From Dehalococcoidales bacterium (lineage in GTDB: Bacteria; Chloroflexota; Dehalococcoidia; Dehalococcoidales; JAUWZL01), in assembly GCA_034413595.1 (NCBI GenBank), contig DAOUMC010000026.1, positions 1,320 through 65,319 of the forward strand: DNA of 64,000 bases, given 5' to 3'. The notes below the pieces were generated by a model that was not told where the DNA came from, did not search any database, and was given only the letters and a program-made list of their open reading frames with translations. Position numbers and translations under genes: made by a program. Below, one piece after another: positions 9,430 to 17,127 of the stretch. Each line of letters starts with the position of its first letter. Position 1 is the stretch's first letter.

Positions 9430-10707
9430 ATGACAAATGGTAATAAACAGATGTGGACAGAACTGGGTATAGACCTAGAACGGCACGACCAGCTACTTAA
9501 TTCATTGTCACCCATCTATCAGGAGGTCTATCTGGCGCAAAAGGATAGACCTGAGGGTATGGGATTTTTTGACTTCGTTGTCGGCGATATCCATGGTATC
9601 AGAGTGCGCGAATTAAGACAACACGCCATTGAAGGCGGGAAGGTGGTGGCTACCTACTGCGTCTTTGTGCCTGAAGAGCTTGTCTGGGCCGCCGGCGGTA
9701 TCCAGGTCGGCCTCTGTGCCGGGACACAGTTTTCGGTGCCCGTCGCCGAAGAAGTCCTGCCTCGCAACACCTGTGCCCTCATCAAGTCCTCTTTCGGCTT
9801 CAAGCTGGGACGTCTCTGCCCCTATGTTCAGACAAGCCATCTGATTGTCGGGGAGACTACCTGCGACGGCAAGAAAAAGATGTTCGAGATTTTGAGTGAG
9901 TACCAGCCGGTCTATGTTATGGAGGTGCCCAATAAGAAGAACGAATGCAGCCGTGAGTTGTGGCTGAACGAGGTCAAGGCTTTCAAGAAGGTAATTGAAA
10001 ATTTGACCGGTAACGAGATTACGGCAGAAAAACTTAGCCAGGCAACCAGGATGGTCAACGACCGACGCCGTGCTCTGAAGCGCTTATATGAGCTGCGTAA
10101 AGCCATTCCGGTGCCTATAAGCGGCAAAGACGCCCTGCTGGTAACCCAGGTGTCTTTTTATGATGACCCTGTCCGTTCTGCCAGCCAGATAAATGCCCTG
10201 TGCGATGAGCTTGAGAAGCGTGTTGCCAGTGGGACAGGCGTCTTTCCTGCCGACGCGCCCCGTGTCATGATTTCGGGCAGTCCAATGGCTATCCCAAACT
10301 GGAAGCTGCATCACATAATAGAGTCAGCGGGAGCTGCCATCGTATGTGAGGAGTCATGCACCGGAACGCGCTTCTTTGATGAGCTAGTGCCGGAGACTGA
10401 TGGCACTGTGGAGGAGCAGGTCAAGGCTATTGCCGAGCGTTACATGAACATTCATTGTGCCTGCTTTACTCCTAACGAAGAGCGCCTGGAAGACATCATT
10501 AGATTGGCCAGGGAGTATAAAGTTGATGGCGTAGTGCATTACAACCTTCAGTTCTGCGGTACCTACTCAACTGAAGCGGTGAAGGTAGAAAAGCTATTGG
10601 AAGAAGAAGGTGTCCCACTACTCCGCATTGAGACCGACTACAGTAATGAGGACGCAGGGCAGCTCAGGACCAGGGTCGATGCCTTCTTAGAGGTAATACG
10701 TAAGTGA
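9430..10707 (+). CDS. Double-cubane-cluster-type anaerobic reductase (BcrC/BadD/HgdB, 2-hydroxyacyl-CoA dehydratase superfamily)
   Basis: About 425 aa single-subunit member of the HgdB/BcrC fold (MWTELGIDLERHDQLL..., Cys-rich core). GTGA overlap with a downstream HgdC-type activase. Confidence 0.7.
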   Translation: MTNGNKQMWTELGIDLERHDQLLNSLSPIYQEVYLAQKDRPEGMGFFDFVVGDIHGIRVRELRQHAIEGGKVVATYCVFVPEELVWAAGGIQVGLCAGTQFSVPVAEEVLPRNTCALIKSSFGFKLGRLCPYVQTSHLIVGETTCDGKKKMFEILSEYQPVYVMEVPNKKNECSRELWLNEVKAFKKVIENLTGNEITAEKLSQATRMVNDRRRALKRLYELRKAIPVPISGKDALLVTQVSFYDDPVRSASQINALCDELEKRVASGTGVFPADAPRVMISGSPMAIPNWKLHHIIESAGAAIVCEESCTGTRFFDELVPETDGTVEEQVKAIAERYMNIHCACFTPNEERLEDIIRLAREYKVDGVVHYNLQFCGTYSTEAVKVEKLLEEEGVPLLRIETDYSNEDAGQLRTRVDAFLEVIRK

Positions 10708-11468
10708 TTTCGGTCGGGCTTGATGTTGGTTCAAGAACTATCGCACTGATGGTTCTGAACGGTGCCGCTCCGGACTCCAGAGTTGTTGACACGGGAGTCA
10801 GGCCGCTTCAGCGGTGCCAGCAACTTTTAAATGACGTGAGCTACCAACATCTAACGGTGACCGGTTATGGTCGTTACCTGGTGGCTCCGGCATTAGATGG
10901 TGAAGTGGTTTCTGAGATTAGTGCCTATGCCAGCGGCGCCAGATACCTTTATCCGGATTGCCGGACTGTCATTGACATCGGCGGTCAGGACAGCAAAGTA
11001 ATCTCACTATCCGACTCCGGAACCGTGTTCAAGTTTGAGATGAACGACCGCTGCGCCGCCGGCACCGGCAGGTTTCTGGAATTGATGGCCGATACACTTG
11101 AAGTTACCATTGAGGAATTTGGTGAGCTTGCCCTGAAGGCCACTAAAACCGTCAGCCTAAACAGCCTGTGTACCGTTTTTGCCGAGTCGGAGGTAGTTTC
11201 CCTTATCGCCAGAGGCGAGGAAAGCAGTGCCATTGCCCTGGCTCTGCACGAAACAATTACTACCCGTATCGCCAACATGGCCAGGCGCATAGGTATCAGA
11301 GAGAAGGTTGTTCTGGCCGGGGGAGTGGCTATGAATAGATGTATCCAGACGTTGCTCGGCCGGAAGCTCGGCGTTGGCCTCGTTATCCCTGAAGAGCCAC
11401 AAACCGTGGGTGCACTGGGTGCGGCACTACTGACAAAGGCCGGAGCAAAGGAACAGAGAGCGGTTTAG
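10704..11468 (+). CDS. Acyl-CoA dehydratase/BcrAD-type activase ATPase
   Basis: MISVGLDVGSRTIAL (ASKHA phosphate-1), ...DIGGQDSK... and ...NDRCAAGTGRFLE (cluster-bridging Cys). Confidence 0.85.
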   Translation: MISVGLDVGSRTIALMVLNGAAPDSRVVDTGVRPLQRCQQLLNDVSYQHLTVTGYGRYLVAPALDGEVVSEISAYASGARYLYPDCRTVIDIGGQDSKVISLSDSGTVFKFEMNDRCAAGTGRFLELMADTLEVTIEEFGELALKATKTVSLNSLCTVFAESEVVSLIARGEESSAIALALHETITTRIANMARRIGIREKVVLAGGVAMNRCIQTLLGRKLGVGLVIPEEPQTVGALGAALLTKAGAKEQRAV

Positions 11469-11570
11469 GGCAAAAGTTTGGATTGTTTTGGTGTTATGAG
11501 GAGGGTTGTGGTGTTAATGCTGAAGAGTCGGCCTTTGTGGAGTGAATACGTTTTACCAAATGTTCGATGT

Positions 11571-12554
11571 TCATAAATGTAGCTCAATAATATCCCCGTC
11601 CTCAAGGACATGGTCTCTTCTGACCATTATGCCTTCATGCTTGCCCGAGCCCCAGATGCGGGCGTACTTCATCTTGGCAATAAAGTCCTTGTGAACCGAA
11701 GCCGCCGCATCCTGGAGCGTGCTGCCTCGGGGCAGCACGATGGGTTCGATGAGTTCTGCCTTCTGCCCCGGAGTCTTGGTGTAGACCCGTATTATATCCA
11801 GCATCTGGTAGATTTTGAGCTTGAGTTCTTCAAGCCCTTTGCCATCTCTGGCCGAGATGGCAACTACGGGCGGCCTCTCTTTATAATTGTCCAGGAGAAG
11901 CTCGTAGTTCTGACCGTTGGTGTCCAGGTCAAGCTTGTTGCTGACAATCAGCGCCTTCTTGTGCCATATCGCGGCATCCTCTGATTCTGGGCCATCATCT
12001 GCATCGCCGATTACTATCCTCATTTTCCTTAGCTGCCCCATAATCGCTTCCATCTGTGGTAGCGGGTTTTGGCTCAGGTCAACCATTAGCAGCAGGGCGT
12101 CAGTCCGCCTGAGCAGGGGCGGCAGCCACCACTGGATGGCCTGGGGCACCAGGGGTGGGGTATCAATCACCTGTATCTTGATGTCCTCAAACTCCATCAT
12201 CCCGGGTGTGGCGCTGTGGGTCGTCAGGGGGTATTCGGCCACGGCGGGGGAAGCGTTGGTGATGGTGGCCACCAGCTGGGACTTTCCTGAGTTGGGCAGC
12301 CCGACGATGGCTATCTGGGCGGCTCCCTCCCTTTCAATCATCAGGGACAGGCGCTGGGTGCCGGACTTCCTGGTCAGCTGCTGGGTCAGCCTGGCAATGC
12401 GGCCTCTCAGCTCGGCCCGCAGGTGGTCGGTGCCCTTGTGCTTGGGCATGATGGCCAGCATCTCTTCCAGGGCGGCTATCTTTTTCGCCGGGCTCTTGGC
12501 CTGGCGAAAGGTCTTCTCGGCGTCAAAGTACTGCGGCGGCAGATTGGCGGGCAT
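11571..12554 (-). CDS. OBG/DRG-family GTPase with C-terminal TGS domain
   Basis: G1 motif GLPNSGKS, ...DTPPL... and a C-terminal TGS-like ...VHKDF...ARIWG... Confidence 0.85.
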   Translation of the reverse strand: MPANLPPQYFDAEKTFRQAKSPAKKIAALEEMLAIMPKHKGTDHLRAELRGRIARLTQQLTRKSGTQRLSLMIEREGAAQIAIVGLPNSGKSQLVATITNASPAVAEYPLTTHSATPGMMEFEDIKIQVIDTPPLVPQAIQWWLPPLLRRTDALLLMVDLSQNPLPQMEAIMGQLRKMRIVIGDADDGPESEDAAIWHKKALIVSNKLDLDTNGQNYELLLDNYKERPPVVAISARDGKGLEELKLKIYQMLDIIRVYTKTPGQKAELIEPIVLPRGSTLQDAAASVHKDFIAKMKYARIWGSGKHEGIMVRRDHVLEDGDIIELHL

Positions 12555-12557
12555 GCT

Positions 12558-14375
12558 TTACAGTTGCTCCTTTATCTTCCGGGCCAGGCCCTGGCTCATA
12601 CCCTTTGCTTGGGCCAGCTCTTCAAAGGAAGACTCCTGGATTGCCTGGACAGAGCCAAACTTCTTCAGCAGACTTCTTTTTCGCTTGGGGCCGATACCGG
12701 GAATGGCGTCAAGCTCTGAGACAAAGGTTGCCCTTTTCCTGAGCTTCTGGTGATAGCCCAGGGCGAAGCGATGTGCCTCGTCCCTCAGTCGCTGGAGGAG
12801 CTGAAGTCCCGGTGAGCTCAGGGATAGGCTAATCGGCTCTGCCCTATCGGGGATGAAAATCTCTTCCTTTTCCTTGGCCAGGCCGGCGACCGGCACTGAA
12901 TTTATTCCAAGGTCATGCATCGCCTCAAGCACTGCATTGAGCTGACCCTTACCGCCGTCTACCAGGACAAGGTCGGGTGGGATTGCCCAGCTATCGGTGG
13001 CTTCCTTGCCGTGCCCGAACCGCCTCCGGATGACTTCCCCGAGCATGGCGTAGTCGTCGGCGGCGGGTACGGTCTTTATTCTGAATCGCCGGTAGTGTTT
13101 CTGCCTGGGCTTGCCCTGCTCGAAGACGACCATACTGCCCACGGCCGCCTGCCCCTGTAGGTCCGAGATGTCGTAGCCCTCCATCCGCAGAGGTATTCTG
13201 GGCAGCCCTAGCTCTCTTTTTATCTCCTTCAGGGCGGCCTTGAGCGCCGCCGGAGAAGACAGCTGCTTGGCCTTTATACGTTCAAACCCCTGGGTGGCGT
13301 TGTCGGCAACGGTGTCAACCAGGCGCTTCTTGTCCCCCTTTCTGGGCACCTGAATATGGACTTTGCTCCCCTTCCTGTTCTGAAGCCAGCTTTCAATAAC
13401 CGGCCTGTCCTCCACCGGGTGCTGGAGCAGTATCAGCGCCGGTATATAGGTGGCCGAGGCATAGAACTGCTTGACGAAGCTGGTCATGACTTGCGCCGGC
13501 TCCTCGGAGCGAGTCCCTTGAAGGGTGAAACCCTCCCGCCCGATGAGCTTACCGCCGCGGATGAAGAAGACCTGGACATAGGCCTGGTCTCTGTCCTGGG
13601 CAAAGGCGATGACGTCCTGCTCGCCCCTCACCGTGCTGGCCATCCTCTGCCACCTGACGACCTCTTTGACCGCCTGAATCTGGTCTCTGAGCCGGGCGGC
13701 CTTCTCGTAGTCCATCGCCTGGGCGGCCAGCTTCATCTTGTTTACCAGCTGCCTGACCACCGCTTCCTGCCTGCCTTCAAGGAAGAGTATGAGCTGTTTT
13801 ATCACCTCGGCGTATTCCTCTCGGCCGATGGCCTTGATGCAGGGCGCCGGACAGTTGAGGAGGTCGTATTCCAGACAGGCCCGGGGCAGAGGGCGGGTGA
13901 GGTCTTTGCTGCACGGGCGGAAGGGAAAGATGTCCTTGATTACCTTCATCGCCTGGCGAATGGAGTGGGCGCTGGCGAAGGGGCCGAAGTAGCGGCTGCC
14001 GTTGGCCTCCAGGCGGCGGGTAATCTGCACCCTGGGCCAGTCCTCCTTAAGGTCTATCTTGAGGTAGGGGAAGTTCTTGTCGTCCTTGAGTCGGACGTTA
14101 AAGTAGGGGTGGTGTCTCTTTATCAGGTTGAGCTCCAGCACCAGGGCTTCTTCTTCGGAGCCGGTGACATAGAAGTCAACGTCAGCCACTCTGGACACCA
14201 TTCTTTGCAGCTTTGGCGGCAGTCTCTGCCCCGAGCCAAAGTAAGACCTTACCCGGTGCTTGAGGCTGGCCGCCTTGCCGACATAAAGTATGGTGCCCTG
14301 GGCGTCCTTCATGAGGTAGACGCCGGGGTTTTCCGGTAGCTTCTTTACCTGCTCTATAACCTGATTGCCAGACAT
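12558..14375 (-). CDS. uvrC: Excinuclease ABC subunit C
   Basis: GIY-YIG N-terminus ...PGVYLMKDAQGTILYVGKA...LKHRV, UVR domain, and C-terminal (HhH)2. ATG 14375 is preceded by GAGGAG. Confidence 0.95.
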   Translation of the reverse strand: MSGNQVIEQVKKLPENPGVYLMKDAQGTILYVGKAASLKHRVRSYFGSGQRLPPKLQRMVSRVADVDFYVTGSEEEALVLELNLIKRHHPYFNVRLKDDKNFPYLKIDLKEDWPRVQITRRLEANGSRYFGPFASAHSIRQAMKVIKDIFPFRPCSKDLTRPLPRACLEYDLLNCPAPCIKAIGREEYAEVIKQLILFLEGRQEAVVRQLVNKMKLAAQAMDYEKAARLRDQIQAVKEVVRWQRMASTVRGEQDVIAFAQDRDQAYVQVFFIRGGKLIGREGFTLQGTRSEEPAQVMTSFVKQFYASATYIPALILLQHPVEDRPVIESWLQNRKGSKVHIQVPRKGDKKRLVDTVADNATQGFERIKAKQLSSPAALKAALKEIKRELGLPRIPLRMEGYDISDLQGQAAVGSMVVFEQGKPRQKHYRRFRIKTVPAADDYAMLGEVIRRRFGHGKEATDSWAIPPDLVLVDGGKGQLNAVLEAMHDLGINSVPVAGLAKEKEEIFIPDRAEPISLSLSSPGLQLLQRLRDEAHRFALGYHQKLRKRATFVSELDAIPGIGPKRKRSLLKKFGSVQAIQESSFEELAQAKGMSQGLARKIKEQL

Positions 14376-14425
14376 TGTTCTCCTCATATATTTTAACACA
14401 GCCCTTATGGCCGGCAAAGCAGGTG

Positions 14426-14496
14426 AAATCCCTCTCAGTCTCCCTTTCGTAAAGGGAGAAGCTCCCCCTTTGAAAAAGGGGGATTGAGGGGGATTT
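14426..14496. repeat. Family-A palindromic repeat (twin hairpins)
   Basis: AAATCCCTCTCAGTCTCCCTTTcgtAAAGGGAGAagCTCCCCCTTTgaaAAAGGGGGATTGAGGGGGATTT. The outer arms are inverse complements. The left half is about 85-90% identical to 22987-23020. Confidence 0.8.
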
Positions 14497-14543
14497 AACG
14501 AGTGTGTTTGAAAAAAACGATATGGGGTGATAGGTTATATATA

Positions 14544-15068
14544 ATGGGCTCTATGAAGAACGGCGACGGCGTAGCCCGGTTCCTGGTGGAGAATATCGCC
14601 CTGCTGCCCAGAGGGAGGGCTCTGGATGTGGCCATGGGCAGGGGCAGAAATGCCGTCTATCTGGCCCAGATGGGCTACCAGGTTGAGGGCGTTGATATAT
14701 CGCCGGAGCGGGTAAATGGTGCCCTGGGGCTGGCACAGGAGAAGGGCGTCGTCATCAAGGCAACAGTGGCTGACCTGGAGGCCGACTTCCGTATTGATAA
14801 GGGCGTCTATGATGTTATCATCTGCTTTAACTATCTCTATCGCCCCCTGATACCGGAGATTAGGGACGGCCTAAGACGGGGTGGCCTGGTGGTCTACGAG
14901 ACCTATCTGGTTGACCAGGCCCGGTGGGGGAAGCCGGAGAACCCGGAGCACCTGCTAGAGCACAACGAGCTTCTGGGATTCTTCCGTGGTTTCCGGTGTC
15001 TTCGCTACCGCGAGGGGGTTCTGGCCCCACAGCAGGCTATGGCCGGTATCATCGCCCAGAAGGTTTAA
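14544..15068 (+). CDS. Class I SAM-dependent methyltransferase
   Basis: ...ALDVAMGRGRNAVYLA (motif I GxGxG-like) and ...VEGVDIS... Confidence 0.75.
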   Translation: MGSMKNGDGVARFLVENIALLPRGRALDVAMGRGRNAVYLAQMGYQVEGVDISPERVNGALGLAQEKGVVIKATVADLEADFRIDKGVYDVIICFNYLYRPLIPEIRDGLRRGGLVVYETYLVDQARWGKPENPEHLLEHNELLGFFRGFRCLRYREGVLAPQQAMAGIIAQKV

Positions 15069-15125
15069 GTCTTTGCCTAGTTATGTTAAAATAGGCTGTC
15101 AACTATCCAGTAGCCCGGGGGTACC

Positions 15126-16052
15126 ATGAAGCAGGACATAGAGAGCTTTTTGAACTATCTCAGAGTTGAGAAGGGCTTTTCGGAAAATACCAGGTTTGCC
15201 TATAAGAATGACCTGTTACAGCTGGCTGATTTTGCCGAGGCGGAAGCGGCCAAACGGGGCGTTGTGCCGGCCTGTTACAGCTTCAGCCGGCAGGACATGC
15301 TGGGTTACCTTCTTAACCTGAAGGAGAGGAATTACGCCGCCACCACTGTCGCCCGCAAAGTGGCGGCGGCCAAGTCCTTCTTCGGCTTTATGGTGGCCGA
15401 AGGCAAACTCAAAAAGAACCCCACCGAGAACATCTCCTCGCCCAAGGTAGGTAAAGCCCTGCCTGATGCCATCTCCATCAGCCAGGTGCGTCAGCTAATC
15501 AGCCAGCCGGCCGGGTTATCAACCCCGGAAGCCAAGAGGGACAGGGCCATGCTGGAGCTCCTCTATGCCAGTGGCATGAGGGCCAGTGAGCTGGTTGCCC
15601 TTAATCTGGGTGATGTTGACACCAGCGGTCACTCCGTCCGCTGTTTTGGCAAGGGGCACAAGGAGCGCCTTATCCCCATCTACCCCCAGGCGGCAAAGGT
15701 GGTGGAAGAGTATATTACTCAGGTCAGGTCTCGGTTCGTTCACGGTGATGCCGAGCCTGCCCTGTTTGTTAACCAGCGCGGCGAGCGGCTTACCCGCCAG
15801 GGCTTGTGGCAGATACTGAAGGCCTACGCCAAGTCCGCCGGGCTGGGCAAGGAGGTCACTCCACACACTCTGAGGCACAGCTTTGCCACCCATATGCTGA
15901 GCGGCGGGGCCGACCTCCGGTCGGTGCAGGAACTGCTGGGGCATGCCAACATCTCAACGACGCAGGTTTACACCCACCTGACCTCAGAGCATGTCCGGCG
16001 TACCTACGAGAAAGCCCACCCCAGGGCTAAGGAACAAGAACAGGCCAAATAA
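15126..16052 (+). CDS. Tyrosine recombinase, XerC/XerD family
   Basis: N-terminal SAM-like core-binding domain (FLNYLRVEKGFSENT...AYKNDL). Catalytic R...HxxR...Y: ...ASGMRASEL..., HTLRHSFATHML, ...TQVYTH. Confidence 0.88.
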   Translation: MKQDIESFLNYLRVEKGFSENTRFAYKNDLLQLADFAEAEAAKRGVVPACYSFSRQDMLGYLLNLKERNYAATTVARKVAAAKSFFGFMVAEGKLKKNPTENISSPKVGKALPDAISISQVRQLISQPAGLSTPEAKRDRAMLELLYASGMRASELVALNLGDVDTSGHSVRCFGKGHKERLIPIYPQAAKVVEEYITQVRSRFVHGDAEPALFVNQRGERLTRQGLWQILKAYAKSAGLGKEVTPHTLRHSFATHMLSGGADLRSVQELLGHANISTTQVYTHLTSEHVRRTYEKAHPRAKEQEQAK

Positions 16053-16069
16053 ACAAAGGGAGGCACTGG

Positions 16070-16372
16070 ATGCCTAAATCGCGGCGCCACAGAGGCAAGC
16101 ACACGCTGCCCGGCAAGAAGAAAAAGAGCCGGCACAGCCTTGAAGCTATAGCCTTGCCACAGAAAGAGGCTGCCCCGATTAAGGAGCCGGTTGTGGCCCG
16201 ACCTGAGGTGGCTACACCGCTACCAAACATAAACATATCTGCACCAAACACGCCTGCTCCGGCGTCAACCGTTGTTAAGCCCCCGGGGCTGCTGTCTGAG
16301 CTGCGGAGAATTGGCATTCTGGCGGGGATAATTTTGGCCGCCCTGATACTGCTGGCACTGTTCTGGCACTAG
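16070..16372 (+). CDS. Small basic protein with C-terminal transmembrane helix
   Basis: Lys/Arg-rich N-terminus, Pro/Ala-rich middle, and terminal GILAGIILAALILLALFW. No family recognised. Confidence 0.4.
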   Translation: MPKSRRHRGKHTLPGKKKKSRHSLEAIALPQKEAAPIKEPVVARPEVATPLPNINISAPNTPAPASTVVKPPGLLSELRRIGILAGIILAALILLALFWH

Positions 16373-16391
16373 ACCTCCCCCGGGAATTCGT

Positions 16392-17039
16392 ATGGACCTT
16401 GAAGAGGCAAGAGCCAGGCTGATAGAGCATCTGAGCATTGATATTGGTGATAAGCAGGTGATAGCGGCTATGTCGCGTGTGCCGCGTGAGCAGTTTGTAC
16501 CCGTGGAAGAGAGGTATCTAGCCTATGTAGATAGACCGCTGCCCATCGGCCTGGGGCAAACCATCTCGCAGCCCTTTATCGTTGCCCTGATGACCGCCTC
16601 TCTGGAGCTTACCGGCAAGGAGAAAGTGCTGGAGGTTGGTACCGGCAGTGGCTATCAGGCAGCTATTCTGTCCGAGCTATCCCGTCTGGTGATTACTGTT
16701 GAGCGTCTGCCCGAGCTGGCTGAAACGGCTAAACAGACACTGGATAGCCTGGGCTACAGGAATATCAGGGTACACATCGCTGAACCGACACTGGGCTGGC
16801 CGGCTGAGGCGCCGTATGAGGCGATAATGGTCACCGCCGGCGCTCCCTCCGTACCTCAAAGCCTCTTGTCCCAGCTGGCAGTGGGCGGGCGGCTGGTAAT
16901 TCCGGTTGGTTCTCGCTGTGAGCAGGAGCTATACAAGATTACTAAGCGGCCGAATAGAAACGTGTTTAGGAACCTGGGCGGCTGCTGTTTTGTCTCCCTT
17001 ATTGGGCAAGAAGCCTGGAATGAGGAATGCTTATTTTGA
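16392..17039 (+). CDS. pcm: Protein-L-isoaspartate O-methyltransferase
   Basis: ...GQTISQPFIVALM... and ...VLEVGTGSGYQAAIL... are canonical PIMT motifs. Confidence 0.9.
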   Translation: MDLEEARARLIEHLSIDIGDKQVIAAMSRVPREQFVPVEERYLAYVDRPLPIGLGQTISQPFIVALMTASLELTGKEKVLEVGTGSGYQAAILSELSRLVITVERLPELAETAKQTLDSLGYRNIRVHIAEPTLGWPAEAPYEAIMVTAGAPSVPQSLLSQLAVGGRLVIPVGSRCEQELYKITKRPNRNVFRNLGGCCFVSLIGQEAWNEECLF

Positions 17040-17127
17040 AAATGTCTCGCCCGGCCGGTTACTTGCTGAGCCTGCTGGCCTTTCTCTATAATAATCCCTG
17101 AAAATAAATGAAGAAAGCAGGAGAGTG

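Noticed and set aside
11917-12753. 278-aa + strand ORF spanning the GTPase/uvrC junction
   Set aside because: It is antisense to two well-supported genes, has no motifs, and its Ser-rich composition indicates a shadow ORF.
13356-14339. 327-aa + strand ORF inside uvrC
   Set aside because: It is an antisense shadow ORF of uvrC. It is Leu/Gly/Val-rich with no recognisable domain.
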